Positions 17,460 to 26,600 of a stretch of 54,572 nucleotides of DNA are shown here, one piece after another. Each line of letters starts with the position of its first letter. Position 1 is the stretch's first letter. The position numbers and the translations under genes are program-made. This stretch comes from Bryobacterales bacterium. GTDB lineage: Bacteria > Acidobacteriota > Terriglobia > Bryobacterales > Bryobacteraceae. The notes beneath the pieces are model-generated. The model saw only the letters and a program-made list of their open reading frames with translations. It was not told the origin of the DNA and made no database searches. Location of the stretch: assembly GCA_043785065.1 (NCBI GenBank), contig JAYVXT010000108.1:1-54572 (forward strand). Reading direction: 5' to 3'.

Positions 17460-18656
17460 ATGGAAGCAATCGGCGCATATAAGATTCAGAGCACTCTCGC
17501 CGCGGGCAGAAGGCCCGTTTATCTGGCCACGTCTAAAGACGGGAAAAAAGTTGTCATTAAGACGGCCCCAGTTAAGGAATTGGGGGAGGAAGAACGCGCC
17601 CGTTTCCTACGCGAAGCCGGGATCTGCTCCAAGCTCGATCACCCCAATCTGGTTAAGGTGATCGAATCGGGTGAAGCGAATGGGGTTCTCTATCAAGTGA
17701 TGGATTATCTCGAAGGCATGGACTTGAACAAGGCATTCGCCGCAGGACGGCAATTCACTTGGGCCGATAAACTAAGCATTCTTGAAGCGGTATGCTCCGG
17801 TTTGCAATATGCGCACGCGCAAGGTTTGGTTCACCGCGATATCAAACCAGCCAACCTGTTTCTGGAAAATGCGGGCAACATGCGCATCCTCGATTTCGGC
17901 ATGGCGCGTGAAGGCGCGTCCGAGTTGACGAAAGTGGGCTCCGCCGTCGGCACGCTGAACTACATGGCGCCGGAACAGATTCGCGGAGAAACCTGCACTG
18001 CCGCCACCGACGTGTTTGCGGTCGGCATTGTGATGCACCAACTTTGCACCGGCCATCATCCTTTCGCCATGGGCAAGAAGACTTTGCCGGAGATCCTCAG
18101 CGCCATCTTATTCGATGCACCGCCCGTATGGGGCGAAGCCGGAGACGGCGCGCCCGAAGGGTTGGAATTCGTCACCCGCCGTGCACTTGAAAAGGATTCC
18201 GAAAAGCGCTGGCATAATGCCGGGGAACTAAAGCAGGCTGTGTCGCTCTGCCGCTTTACGCTGGATAACAAACCCGCCGATGCGGCATTTTCTCAAGTAA
18301 CGTCCGCGCCCGCGGTCGCGCCGCGCGAGCCGGAAATAGAAAAGACCATTGTTGTAAAACGCGATGCTCCGCGGCCCGTTGCACCCGCACCTCCGCCGGC
18401 TCCAGTGCCGCTTCCACCGCCCGCGCCAAAATCGGCGCCCGTTCCGCAGCCACCTTCGCAAACCAAGTTCTGCACGTCTTGCACCTATTCGAATCCGCGG
18501 GACGCCGTGGTGTGCGGCAAGTGCGGCATTCCCTTCGCGGCCGCAACGGCAAGTGAATCCGCATCCGGCGTCTCCAATAAAACGATGTGGATATTGGCGG
18601 CCGCAGTCGCATTGCTTGTTGTTGCTTTGATATTTGTGGGAGTCCTTTCCAATTAA
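17460..18656 (+). CDS. Hanks-type Ser/Thr protein kinase, C-terminally tail-anchored, with Pro-rich linker and zinc-ribbon
   Basis: Kinase motifs are VVIKT (catalytic Lys), HRDIKPANL, DFG and APE. A Pro-rich stretch (APAPPPAPVPLPPPAPKSAPVPQPP) follows. Then comes CTSCTYSNPRDAVVCGKCG (CxxC-N12-CxxC, nt 18471-18524). The C-terminal TM helix is MWILAAAVALLVVALIFVGVL. Confidence 0.9.
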   Translation: MEAIGAYKIQSTLAAGRRPVYLATSKDGKKVVIKTAPVKELGEEERARFLREAGICSKLDHPNLVKVIESGEANGVLYQVMDYLEGMDLNKAFAAGRQFTWADKLSILEAVCSGLQYAHAQGLVHRDIKPANLFLENAGNMRILDFGMAREGASELTKVGSAVGTLNYMAPEQIRGETCTAATDVFAVGIVMHQLCTGHHPFAMGKKTLPEILSAILFDAPPVWGEAGDGAPEGLEFVTRRALEKDSEKRWHNAGELKQAVSLCRFTLDNKPADAAFSQVTSAPAVAPREPEIEKTIVVKRDAPRPVAPAPPPAPVPLPPPAPKSAPVPQPPSQTKFCTSCTYSNPRDAVVCGKCGIPFAAATASESASGVSNKTMWILAAAVALLVVALIFVGVLSN

Positions 18657-20234
18657 ATGGCTACTCCCCCGCGCATCGTCATTATTGGCGGAGGCTTCGC
18701 CGGCGTCTATGCCGCCCGCGCCCTTGAAAAATTACTAAAGCCGTGGGAGGCGGAGATCTGCCTCATCAACCGCGAAAACTATTTCGTCTTCCAACCGCTC
18801 TTGCCGGAAGTCATTAGCGGGGCAATCGGCCTGGTCGAAACTGTGTCTCCCATTCGACGCCTATGCCCCCGCACCCAACTCTACGTGCGGGATGTGGAAG
18901 CCGTCGATCTGCGCGAAAAGATCGTCCGCATGACTCCAGCCACACGCCCTCGCGCACTGGACCTGCCTTACGACTTTCTAATTATGGCCCCCGGAACGGT
19001 CACTGATTTTTCCGGCATGCCGGGCCTGGCGGAGTATGCCCTGCCCTTCCGCACCCTAGGCGATGCCTTGCGCTTACGCAACCGCGCCTTGGAATCGCTT
19101 GAGGAAGCGGCCATCGAAAAGGACGAGTGGTTCCGCAAGCGGCTGCTAACGTTCGTCATCAGCGGCGCCGGATTTTCCGGAGTGGAAGTAGCGGCTGAAC
19201 TCAACGATTTCCTGCGCGCAGCCGTGAAGGATTTCCGTAGTCTAAATGCCGAGGAAATCCAGGTCATCCTGGTCCATTCGCGGGAACGCATCCTGCCGGA
19301 AATGGCGCCGGAGCTGGCCGAATATGCTCAGAAACTTCTCGCAAAGCGCGGAGTCACTTTGAAGCTGGGCGTGCGCGTGAAATCATGCACCGCCGACACA
19401 GTGATCCTAAACAACGGCGATTGGATTGAAGCGCGCACCGTGATTTCAACCGTTCCCTCCGCCTTAACACCACTTGTAGCAGCGATGGATTGCAAGAAGG
19501 AAAAAGGCCGCCTGGTAGTGAATGGGCAGTTGGAAATGGCGGGATTTGAAGGCCAAGCGTGGGCCCTTGGCGACTGCGCCACCATCATGATGAGCGACGG
19601 AACAGCCGCTCCGCCCACGGCACAACACGCCACGCGCGAGGCCTATGTCGCCGCCGCAAACATCGTCGCTTGTGTCCGCGGCAATAGCGACCGGCGCACC
19701 TTTAACTTTGCAGGCCTCGGCAAACTAGGCTCACTTGGCCATCATTCCGCGGTAGCCGAAGTGTTCGGTATGAAAATCTCCGGCTTCCCGGCCTGGGTGC
19801 TCTGGCGGACAATTTATCTGATGAAGATGCCCGGACTTGACCGCAAACTGCGCGTCGGGCTCGATTGGTTCACCGGCATGCTCTTCAAGACCGACCTGGT
19901 CCAACTGCGCGTGCAGACATCGAGCAACATCACCAACGAGCATTTCGAGGCTGGCCAAATCGTCTTCGAACAAGGCGATGCCCCCGACCGTCTTTACATC
20001 ATTCAAAAAGGCGAAGTGGAAGTATTGCGCGATGGTGAGCGGTTGGCCTCGATCGGTGAGGGAGAATCATTCGGAGAAATGGGTCTACTGACCAATTCCC
20101 CTAGAAACGCAACCATCCGCGCCTCCAAGCCAACCGACGTTGTGGCTATCACAAAAGGCGACGTCACCCAATTGCTGAACAATTTTCCCGAACTCCGCGC
20201 GGGTTTGCAAGGCATCGCCGAAAAACGCAAGTAG
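18657..20234 (+). CDS. NDH-2-type NAD(P)H/FAD-dependent oxidoreductase fused to a C-terminal cyclic-nucleotide-binding domain
   Basis: N-terminal IVIIGGGFAGVYAA (FAD Rossmann), second dinucleotide fold FVISGAGFSGVEVAAEL, then WALGDCA. The C-terminal 100 aa (nt 19929-20231) form a CNB fold with an intact phosphate-binding cassette, FGEMGLLTNSPRNATIRA. The ATG directly abuts the kinase stop codon. Confidence 0.9.
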   Translation: MATPPRIVIIGGGFAGVYAARALEKLLKPWEAEICLINRENYFVFQPLLPEVISGAIGLVETVSPIRRLCPRTQLYVRDVEAVDLREKIVRMTPATRPRALDLPYDFLIMAPGTVTDFSGMPGLAEYALPFRTLGDALRLRNRALESLEEAAIEKDEWFRKRLLTFVISGAGFSGVEVAAELNDFLRAAVKDFRSLNAEEIQVILVHSRERILPEMAPELAEYAQKLLAKRGVTLKLGVRVKSCTADTVILNNGDWIEARTVISTVPSALTPLVAAMDCKKEKGRLVVNGQLEMAGFEGQAWALGDCATIMMSDGTAAPPTAQHATREAYVAAANIVACVRGNSDRRTFNFAGLGKLGSLGHHSAVAEVFGMKISGFPAWVLWRTIYLMKMPGLDRKLRVGLDWFTGMLFKTDLVQLRVQTSSNITNEHFEAGQIVFEQGDAPDRLYIIQKGEVEVLRDGERLASIGEGESFGEMGLLTNSPRNATIRASKPTDVVAITKGDVTQLLNNFPELRAGLQGIAEKRK

Positions 20235-20304
20235 GGCTGGCCCGTGTCATACCCACCCCAAAACCTCAAATTTGATAGACTTCTCTACAAATCAGGAGGG
20301 CTTC

Positions 20305-23300
20305 ATGTTTCGTTCGATTCCTCTTATCCTCATTGCCGCGTTGTTTGCCGCAAAAGTGCATGCGCAAACAACATTCGCCACCATCACAGGCGTAATCACC
20401 GATCCTGGCGGAGCAGTCGTCCCTGGCGCTGAACTTATCGTCACCCACGTTGAAAACAACTATCGCTACACTGCCCGCTCAAACGAAGCAGGCAACTACA
20501 ATATCACGCAACTTCGCGAAGGCGTCTACACTCTGCGCGTGCAAGCCCCGGGATTCAGTGAATCTCTTGTGCAAGAAATCCGCCTGGTTTCACTCGATGT
20601 CCGCCGCATAGACGTACGGCTTGCTATCGGCACGCTGGAAGCGAAGGTGGAAGTCACCGCCGGGGCAGCGCTCATCGAAACCGAAACCGCGCGCATCAGC
20701 GATTCCAAAGGTGCGGATTCGCTCAAAGCCCTGCCGATGAACACGCGCTCGCTCTGGAACTTCGTGGGCCTATCGCCCGGCGTCGTGCAAGCGGGGAACG
20801 GATCGTCAACCCGTCGCTTCGCCGGAAGCCGCGCCAATCAATCGGACGCCTCAGTGGACGGCGTGACCATTAGCAACAACATCGACGGCACTCAGATTTC
20901 GCCCCTGGTCAGCTACATCGAAAGCTTCGAGGAAGTGCGCGTCGACATGGCCAACAACACATCGGAATTCGGCTCCATCGGCCAGGTAACTATCATCTCT
21001 AAATCAGGCACGAACCAGTTGCATGGCAGCTTCTTCGATTACTACTCAACGCCATTTTTCCGCGCGCGCAACCCATTCGCGGCAACGCGCGGCACCGGCG
21101 TCAGGCACTCCCCAGGCGGATCGGTTGGCGGCCCCGTTGTGATTCCACAAATCTACAACGGCCACAACAAAACGTTTTTCTTTTACTCACTGGAAACTTC
21201 GCGGGGCAGCGCCATGCAACAACTGGTGAACCCCACCGTGCCGCTGGTCCCATGGCGATCCGGAGATTTTTCCGCACTCGCCGCCACCACCGTCATTCGC
21301 GATCCTTTCGCTTCTAACGCACCCTTCGCCGGCAACCGGCTTCCGGCCAACCGCATTTCTACCGTCTCCCAAAAGATTCAAGATCGCTTCTACCCGCTCC
21401 CCAATTTCGGCAACACCGCCACGTTAGTAAGCCAAAATTATCGCGAGCAACTCTCGCGCGAATTCGACCCCGACCTTTATTGGACCACGCGCATCGACCA
21501 TCGCTTTTCCGAAAAGAGTTTCGTCTTCGGCCGCTACACCTGGAACAATTCCTATAGCCGCCCCTTTGAAGGTAACCTGCCCACTATTGGCCAGTTGTGG
21601 CAAATTCGCGATACTCGCGCGCTCAACTTTTCCTACACGCAAACCATCAAAACAAATTTGATCAACGAATTCCGCTTTGGTTTCGCCTACAACGATCAGC
21701 CGCGCAACGGTGCACAAAATGGCAATCAACTGGCTAAGGATTTGGGATTACAAGGCCTTGCCCCTGGCATTCCGGATATCAACGGCATCTTGAAGCTCGG
21801 CTTCTCCGGCATAGGCGTCACCGGCCTCACGCAAACTGATTGGCGTCATCCTGGTTTCAAGAATTACCCGAAGCAGTTTCAAGAACAGTTGAGTTGGTTC
21901 CGCAACAAGCACACAGTGAAAGCCGGCGCGCTTGCCAGTTTCGTCCGGTTTGAAGATAACCAGGCGCCCGCCAACCTATTCGGCAGCGTCAGTTTTTCCA
22001 ACCGATTCACCAATCACCCCTATGCTGATTTCTTGCTCGGCATCCCCACCACGGCCGCGCGCGCTTTTCCCCAAACCTATGTCGACCGCTCGCGCCCCAA
22101 CTACGATCTCTTCATCATCGACGATTACAAGGTTTCGCCGAAGATGACTCTCAACCTGGGGATTCGCTACGAATTTCACCCAGCCTGGACCGAAGCCAAT
22201 GGCTTGCAATCGATCTTCGATATCGCCACCGGACAAATCGTAGTGCCTGACGGCTCGCTCAGCCAGGTCAGTTCTATTTTTCCAAAAAGCTACGTCAATG
22301 TAGTGGAAGCCAAAGCCGTGGGCCTGCCCGGCGGAACGCTGATCAAGACCGACAAAAACAACTTTGCGCCGCGCATCGGTTTGGCATACCGGCCATGGGG
22401 CAACAACACGGTAATCCGCGCCGGCCTCGGCATCTTCTTCGATATCGTGCCACGCCAAGTGACCACTAGTGGCGCGCCCTTCAGCGTGGCCGAACCCAAC
22501 TTCACCAATCCAACACCTGTGCCCACGCTGCTGTTCCCCCAAGTGTTTCCCGCAACGGTGGGCAATCCAACTACAGTGGTGCTGCCGGGCGCTATTCGCA
22601 CAGACCTGCGCGTGCCGTACAGCATGCAGTATAACTTCACTATTGAACATCAGCGCTGGAATAATGGTTTCCGCGCCAGCTACATTGGCACCAACACAAG
22701 GCAAGGCGAATGGGGTTACAACATTAATCAGCCTGTTGCCGATGCGCGCGCCTTCATCGACAAGCCACGCTTGTTCCCCAATTTCCCGGCCCTTACATAC
22801 ACAAGCAATGGTTCCGGCCACCAGTACAACGCCATGACGTTGGAAGTGCACCGCCGCTTTCTGAAGGGCTTCTCCTATCAGCTTTCCTGGGTTTTGGCCC
22901 GCGATATCGGCGATCTGGAACGCGGCGAATCCCCCGAGGATGCTTACAACCGGCACCGCGAAAAAGCAGTGTGGGTTGATATTCCCACGCATCGCGTCAG
23001 CGGCAACGTCATCTATGAATTGCCTTTCGGCAAAGGAAAGACGTTCCTTTCTAAAGCTGGCCGCGCCCTCGATACTGTTGCCGGCGGCTGGGAGTTGAGC
23101 GTTATCTACAGCTCTTATTCAGGCCAATTCCTCACGCCGCAGTGGACCGGCATTGACCCCACAGGCACTGCCTTCACCACCAGCCGCACCGCGGCGCAAG
23201 TGACAATTCGTCCCAACGAATTAGTGGACCCTAATCTCGATAGCGGATCGCGTTCAGTTAGCCGTTGGTTCGACCCCTCGGCGTTCGGTGCACCGGCCGT

Positions 23301-23580
23301 TGGATACTTTGGTTCGTCGGCCAAAGGCGTCATTAAAGGACCCGGCTCCGCCATCGTGAACAGCGGCCTTTCGAAGCGCATTCAAATTATGGAGCAACTG
23401 CGACTTCGCTTGGAGATCACCTCCACTAATTTCTTCAATCACCCGAATTGGGATAATCCCGGCCTGAACATTACTTCGCCGACTGATGTTGGAGTTATTT
23501 CCAGCGCGGGCGGAAACGTTTCTACTTTGGATTCCAGCGGCTCTCGTTCGTTCCGTGCCGGCATTCGGTTGGAATGGTAA
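20305..23580 (+). CDS. TonB-dependent-receptor-like outer-membrane protein with carboxypeptidase-regulatory-like N-domain
   Basis: AGGAGG at 20294-20299 precedes ATG 20305. The signal peptide is MFRSIPLILIAALFAAKVHAQ. The CarboxypepD_reg-like module is GVITDPGGAVVPGAELIVTHVENNYRYTARSNEAGNYNITQLREGVYTLRV. A long beta-barrel region ends ...GIRLEW. Confidence 0.85.
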   Translation: MFRSIPLILIAALFAAKVHAQTTFATITGVITDPGGAVVPGAELIVTHVENNYRYTARSNEAGNYNITQLREGVYTLRVQAPGFSESLVQEIRLVSLDVRRIDVRLAIGTLEAKVEVTAGAALIETETARISDSKGADSLKALPMNTRSLWNFVGLSPGVVQAGNGSSTRRFAGSRANQSDASVDGVTISNNIDGTQISPLVSYIESFEEVRVDMANNTSEFGSIGQVTIISKSGTNQLHGSFFDYYSTPFFRARNPFAATRGTGVRHSPGGSVGGPVVIPQIYNGHNKTFFFYSLETSRGSAMQQLVNPTVPLVPWRSGDFSALAATTVIRDPFASNAPFAGNRLPANRISTVSQKIQDRFYPLPNFGNTATLVSQNYREQLSREFDPDLYWTTRIDHRFSEKSFVFGRYTWNNSYSRPFEGNLPTIGQLWQIRDTRALNFSYTQTIKTNLINEFRFGFAYNDQPRNGAQNGNQLAKDLGLQGLAPGIPDINGILKLGFSGIGVTGLTQTDWRHPGFKNYPKQFQEQLSWFRNKHTVKAGALASFVRFEDNQAPANLFGSVSFSNRFTNHPYADFLLGIPTTAARAFPQTYVDRSRPNYDLFIIDDYKVSPKMTLNLGIRYEFHPAWTEANGLQSIFDIATGQIVVPDGSLSQVSSIFPKSYVNVVEAKAVGLPGGTLIKTDKNNFAPRIGLAYRPWGNNTVIRAGLGIFFDIVPRQVTTSGAPFSVAEPNFTNPTPVPTLLFPQVFPATVGNPTTVVLPGAIRTDLRVPYSMQYNFTIEHQRWNNGFRASYIGTNTRQGEWGYNINQPVADARAFIDKPRLFPNFPALTYTSNGSGHQYNAMTLEVHRRFLKGFSYQLSWVLARDIGDLERGESPEDAYNRHREKAVWVDIPTHRVSGNVIYELPFGKGKTFLSKAGRALDTVAGGWELSVIYSSYSGQFLTPQWTGIDPTGTAFTTSRTAAQVTIRPNELVDPNLDSGSRSVSRWFDPSAFGAPAVGYFGSSAKGVIKGPGSAIVNSGLSKRIQIMEQLRLRLEITSTNFFNHPNWDNPGLNITSPTDVGVISSAGGNVSTLDSSGSRSFRAGIRLEW

Positions 23581-23601
23581 TGTTCGTGAGAAACTAAAGT
23601 A

Positions 23602-26600
23602 ATGGCTGTTTGCTTTAGTTTATCCAAATTTTTGCTTCCTATCCTCCTAACGTTCACCCTCCCCCTCGCCGCTCAGGAATTCCGTGGAACTATCAGCGGA
23701 GCCGTCACCGATCCGACCGGATCTGTCATTCCCGGCGTCGCCGTCACCGTAAAAGAAACTCACACCAACACAAGGGTTGAAGCCGTCTCCGAAAAGACAG
23801 GCCAGTTCAATGCACTCTTCCTGCTCCCCGGCGATTACGACATCATTGCCAAAGCCACGGGCTTCAAGGAATTCATCCGGCACAACGTGCACGTGGGAGC
23901 CGGCGAGAACCTGGTGATCGACGTTACGCTCCAAGTCGGCGACGCCTCGCAGACCATCGACGTCACTTCCGATGCGCCACTTGTGAACAACGAAAACGCC
24001 TCGGTCGGCGGAGCCATCACCACCAAGGAAGTGGAGGACATGCCGCTCAACGGCGGTTCGGCTCTGCAACTGGCGCAACTGCAAATCGGCGTCATCAGCA
24101 GCCCTTTCAACAGCTCCTCCACCGTGGTGCAAACTTACGATTCTTCTAACAACTTCAGCATCGGCGGAACGCCTACGCAATCCAGCGAAATGCTGCTGAA
24201 CGGCGCGCCCAACGCCACTTGGGACATGCGTTCCGCCTACACGCCTCCGCGCGACGCGGTGCAGGAAGTCCGGGTGAAAGTGCTTGATACCGACGCGGGC
24301 TTCGGCCACACGCGCGGCGGCACCATCAACATGGTCATGAAATCCGGTACTAACAAACTGCACGGGAGCATGTGGGAAAACACCCAGCCATCGAACCTTA
24401 CGGCCAACAGCTTTTTCAATAACGCAAAAGGCCTGGGCAACCCTCTGACGCACTACAACCAATACGGCCTCACCGTGGGCGGTCCTGTGGTGCTACCCAA
24501 ACTTTTCAATGGCCGCGACAAGCTGTTCTGGTTCTTCGCCTGGCAGAACGACCGGAACAGCCAGCCATTCACCACCTTCATCAGCGTTCCCACCGACGCG
24601 GAAAAGCGTGGCGATTTCTCCCAAATTCTTAAAGCCGACGGCACCCAGCTCTACGATCCCTTCAGCGGCGCTCAAGTAGGCGGCGCCATCACTCGCCAGC
24701 CATTGCCGAATAATCAAATCCCGGCCAATCGCATCAATCCCATTACCGTCAACTATCTGAAGTTCTTCCCCGCCCCCAATGTCAACGAAGTGAACGCGAC
24801 ATCAAAACCCAACGGCTATTTCAACTTCGGCACCACTGCACCGAACATCAATTCAGCCGACAATGAAACCGGAACGCTTGACTACAACATGAGCCAACGC
24901 AACCGCATGTCGTTCAACGTTCGTCACAATGCACTGTACGCGAAGAAGAATGATTACTTCAAGAACATCGCCAGCGGCCAACTCACCAGCCGCGAAAATT
25001 GGGGCGGCAGCCTTGACGACGTCATTACTCTTGCGCCCACCAGCATTCTTAACATTCGCCTGAACTACACCTACATGTTTGAAAGCAGCACGGATCCCAG
25101 CGTTGGCCTTGACGCCACCACACTCGGGTTCCCGCAATACATGGTGGCAAAATCGCCGCGTCCCGCACTGCCCTATGTGTATTTCGATACCAGCACTGCA
25201 TTTCAAAGCCTAAGCTATAACGCGGCCGCCCAGCGTCCTTCCCAATCCATGCAGCTCTATGCAAGTTGGACGAAGATCAAAGGTAACCACGCCATTCGTA
25301 TCGGTGGCGATGCCCGTCAGTATAATCTGAATACCATCACCTACGCGCAAGCGGCCGGCGGCTTCAACTTCGGCGGCAACCGTTGGGTGAACTCCAATGC
25401 CAGCGCCTCGCAAACAGAAGCGATGGGGCAAGACATGGCCCAGTTCTTATACGGCCTGCCAACGCAAGGCTTCTTCGACATCAACACCTACGGCTCCTGG
25501 TATTCCAAATTTATTTCCGGCTTTGTGCAAGACGATTGGCGCGTACGCCGGAATCTCACCATCAACATGGGTTTCCGTTTCGATTACGATGGCCCGTTCC
25601 ATGAAAAATACGGCCGCACCGAAAATGGCTGGGCCTTCGATACGCCCAACCCTATCGCCGCCTCGGTTATCGCAAAGTACCGGGCCAACCCAATCCCGCA
25701 AATCTCCGCCGATGCTTTCCGCGTCAACGGCGGTTTGCTTTATCCCAAGGGCGACGCCGCTGCTTATGAGAACACTTCCCACTTGATCAGCCCTCGTCTT
25801 GGCGTTGCCTGGTCGCCCAATCGAATGAAAGGCAATAGCGTCATCCGCGTGGGTTTCGGCATGTTTGCCGCGCCGGTCACAATCGCCTACCTGGCGCAAA
25901 ACGGCAACTACTCTTCAAACCCGCTGATCAATCAACAAGGCTTCAGCCAGCAAACGGTGATGACGCCCAGCACCAACAACTATCTCTCGCCGGCGGCAAC
26001 ATTTAGCGATCCTTTCCCTGGCGGCATCCTATCCCCCGATCCATCGAATGTTGGCCAGACTACTTTCCTTGGCCAAAATGTTTCCTTCTTAAGTCCGAAA
26101 GCGAAGAGCCCTTATTCGTTGCGCTGGAACTTTGGATTCCAACAAAGCCTTGGATCAAAGATGGTTCTGGAAGCGGTCTACATTGGCAACCACTCGGTGC
26201 ACCTGCCCATCAATCTAACGCAGTTGAACGGAGTTCCCCGGCAATACCTAAGCACGCTGCCGGTGCGGGACACAGCCGTGATTAATTCTCTGAATGACAC
26301 CGTCCCCAACCCATTCAACGGCATCATTCCAAGGGGAACACCGGTGGGATCCACCACCAGCGTCGCCCAGTTGGTCTCCTTCTATCCTGAGTTCCCTCTT
26401 GGCTACACCAACGGCGGCTTCACAGGCAGCGGTGGAGTGTTGGAACAAAACAGAAACGTAGGCAGTTCCTATTTCCACAGCTTGAACATCCGGCTGCAAC
26501 GCCGGGTGAGCCGCGAATTGACCCTGATATCGAACTTCATCTACTCCAAGCTAATGGAGCAAACCAATTGGCTGAACGATACCGACCCGCAACCGGAAAA

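Noticed and set aside
21976-22992. Long antisense or off-frame ORFs inside large genes. Examples are 21976-22992(-), 2486-3478(-), 7493-8239(+), 23647-24462(-), 14235-15008(-), 41502-42239(-), 49748-50431(-) and 5271-5785.
   Set aside because: They lie entirely within, and opposite or out of frame to, genes with strong family signatures. Their translations are Arg/Gly/Ala/His-rich low-complexity sequence typical of shadow ORFs in GC-rich DNA, with no recognisable motifs.
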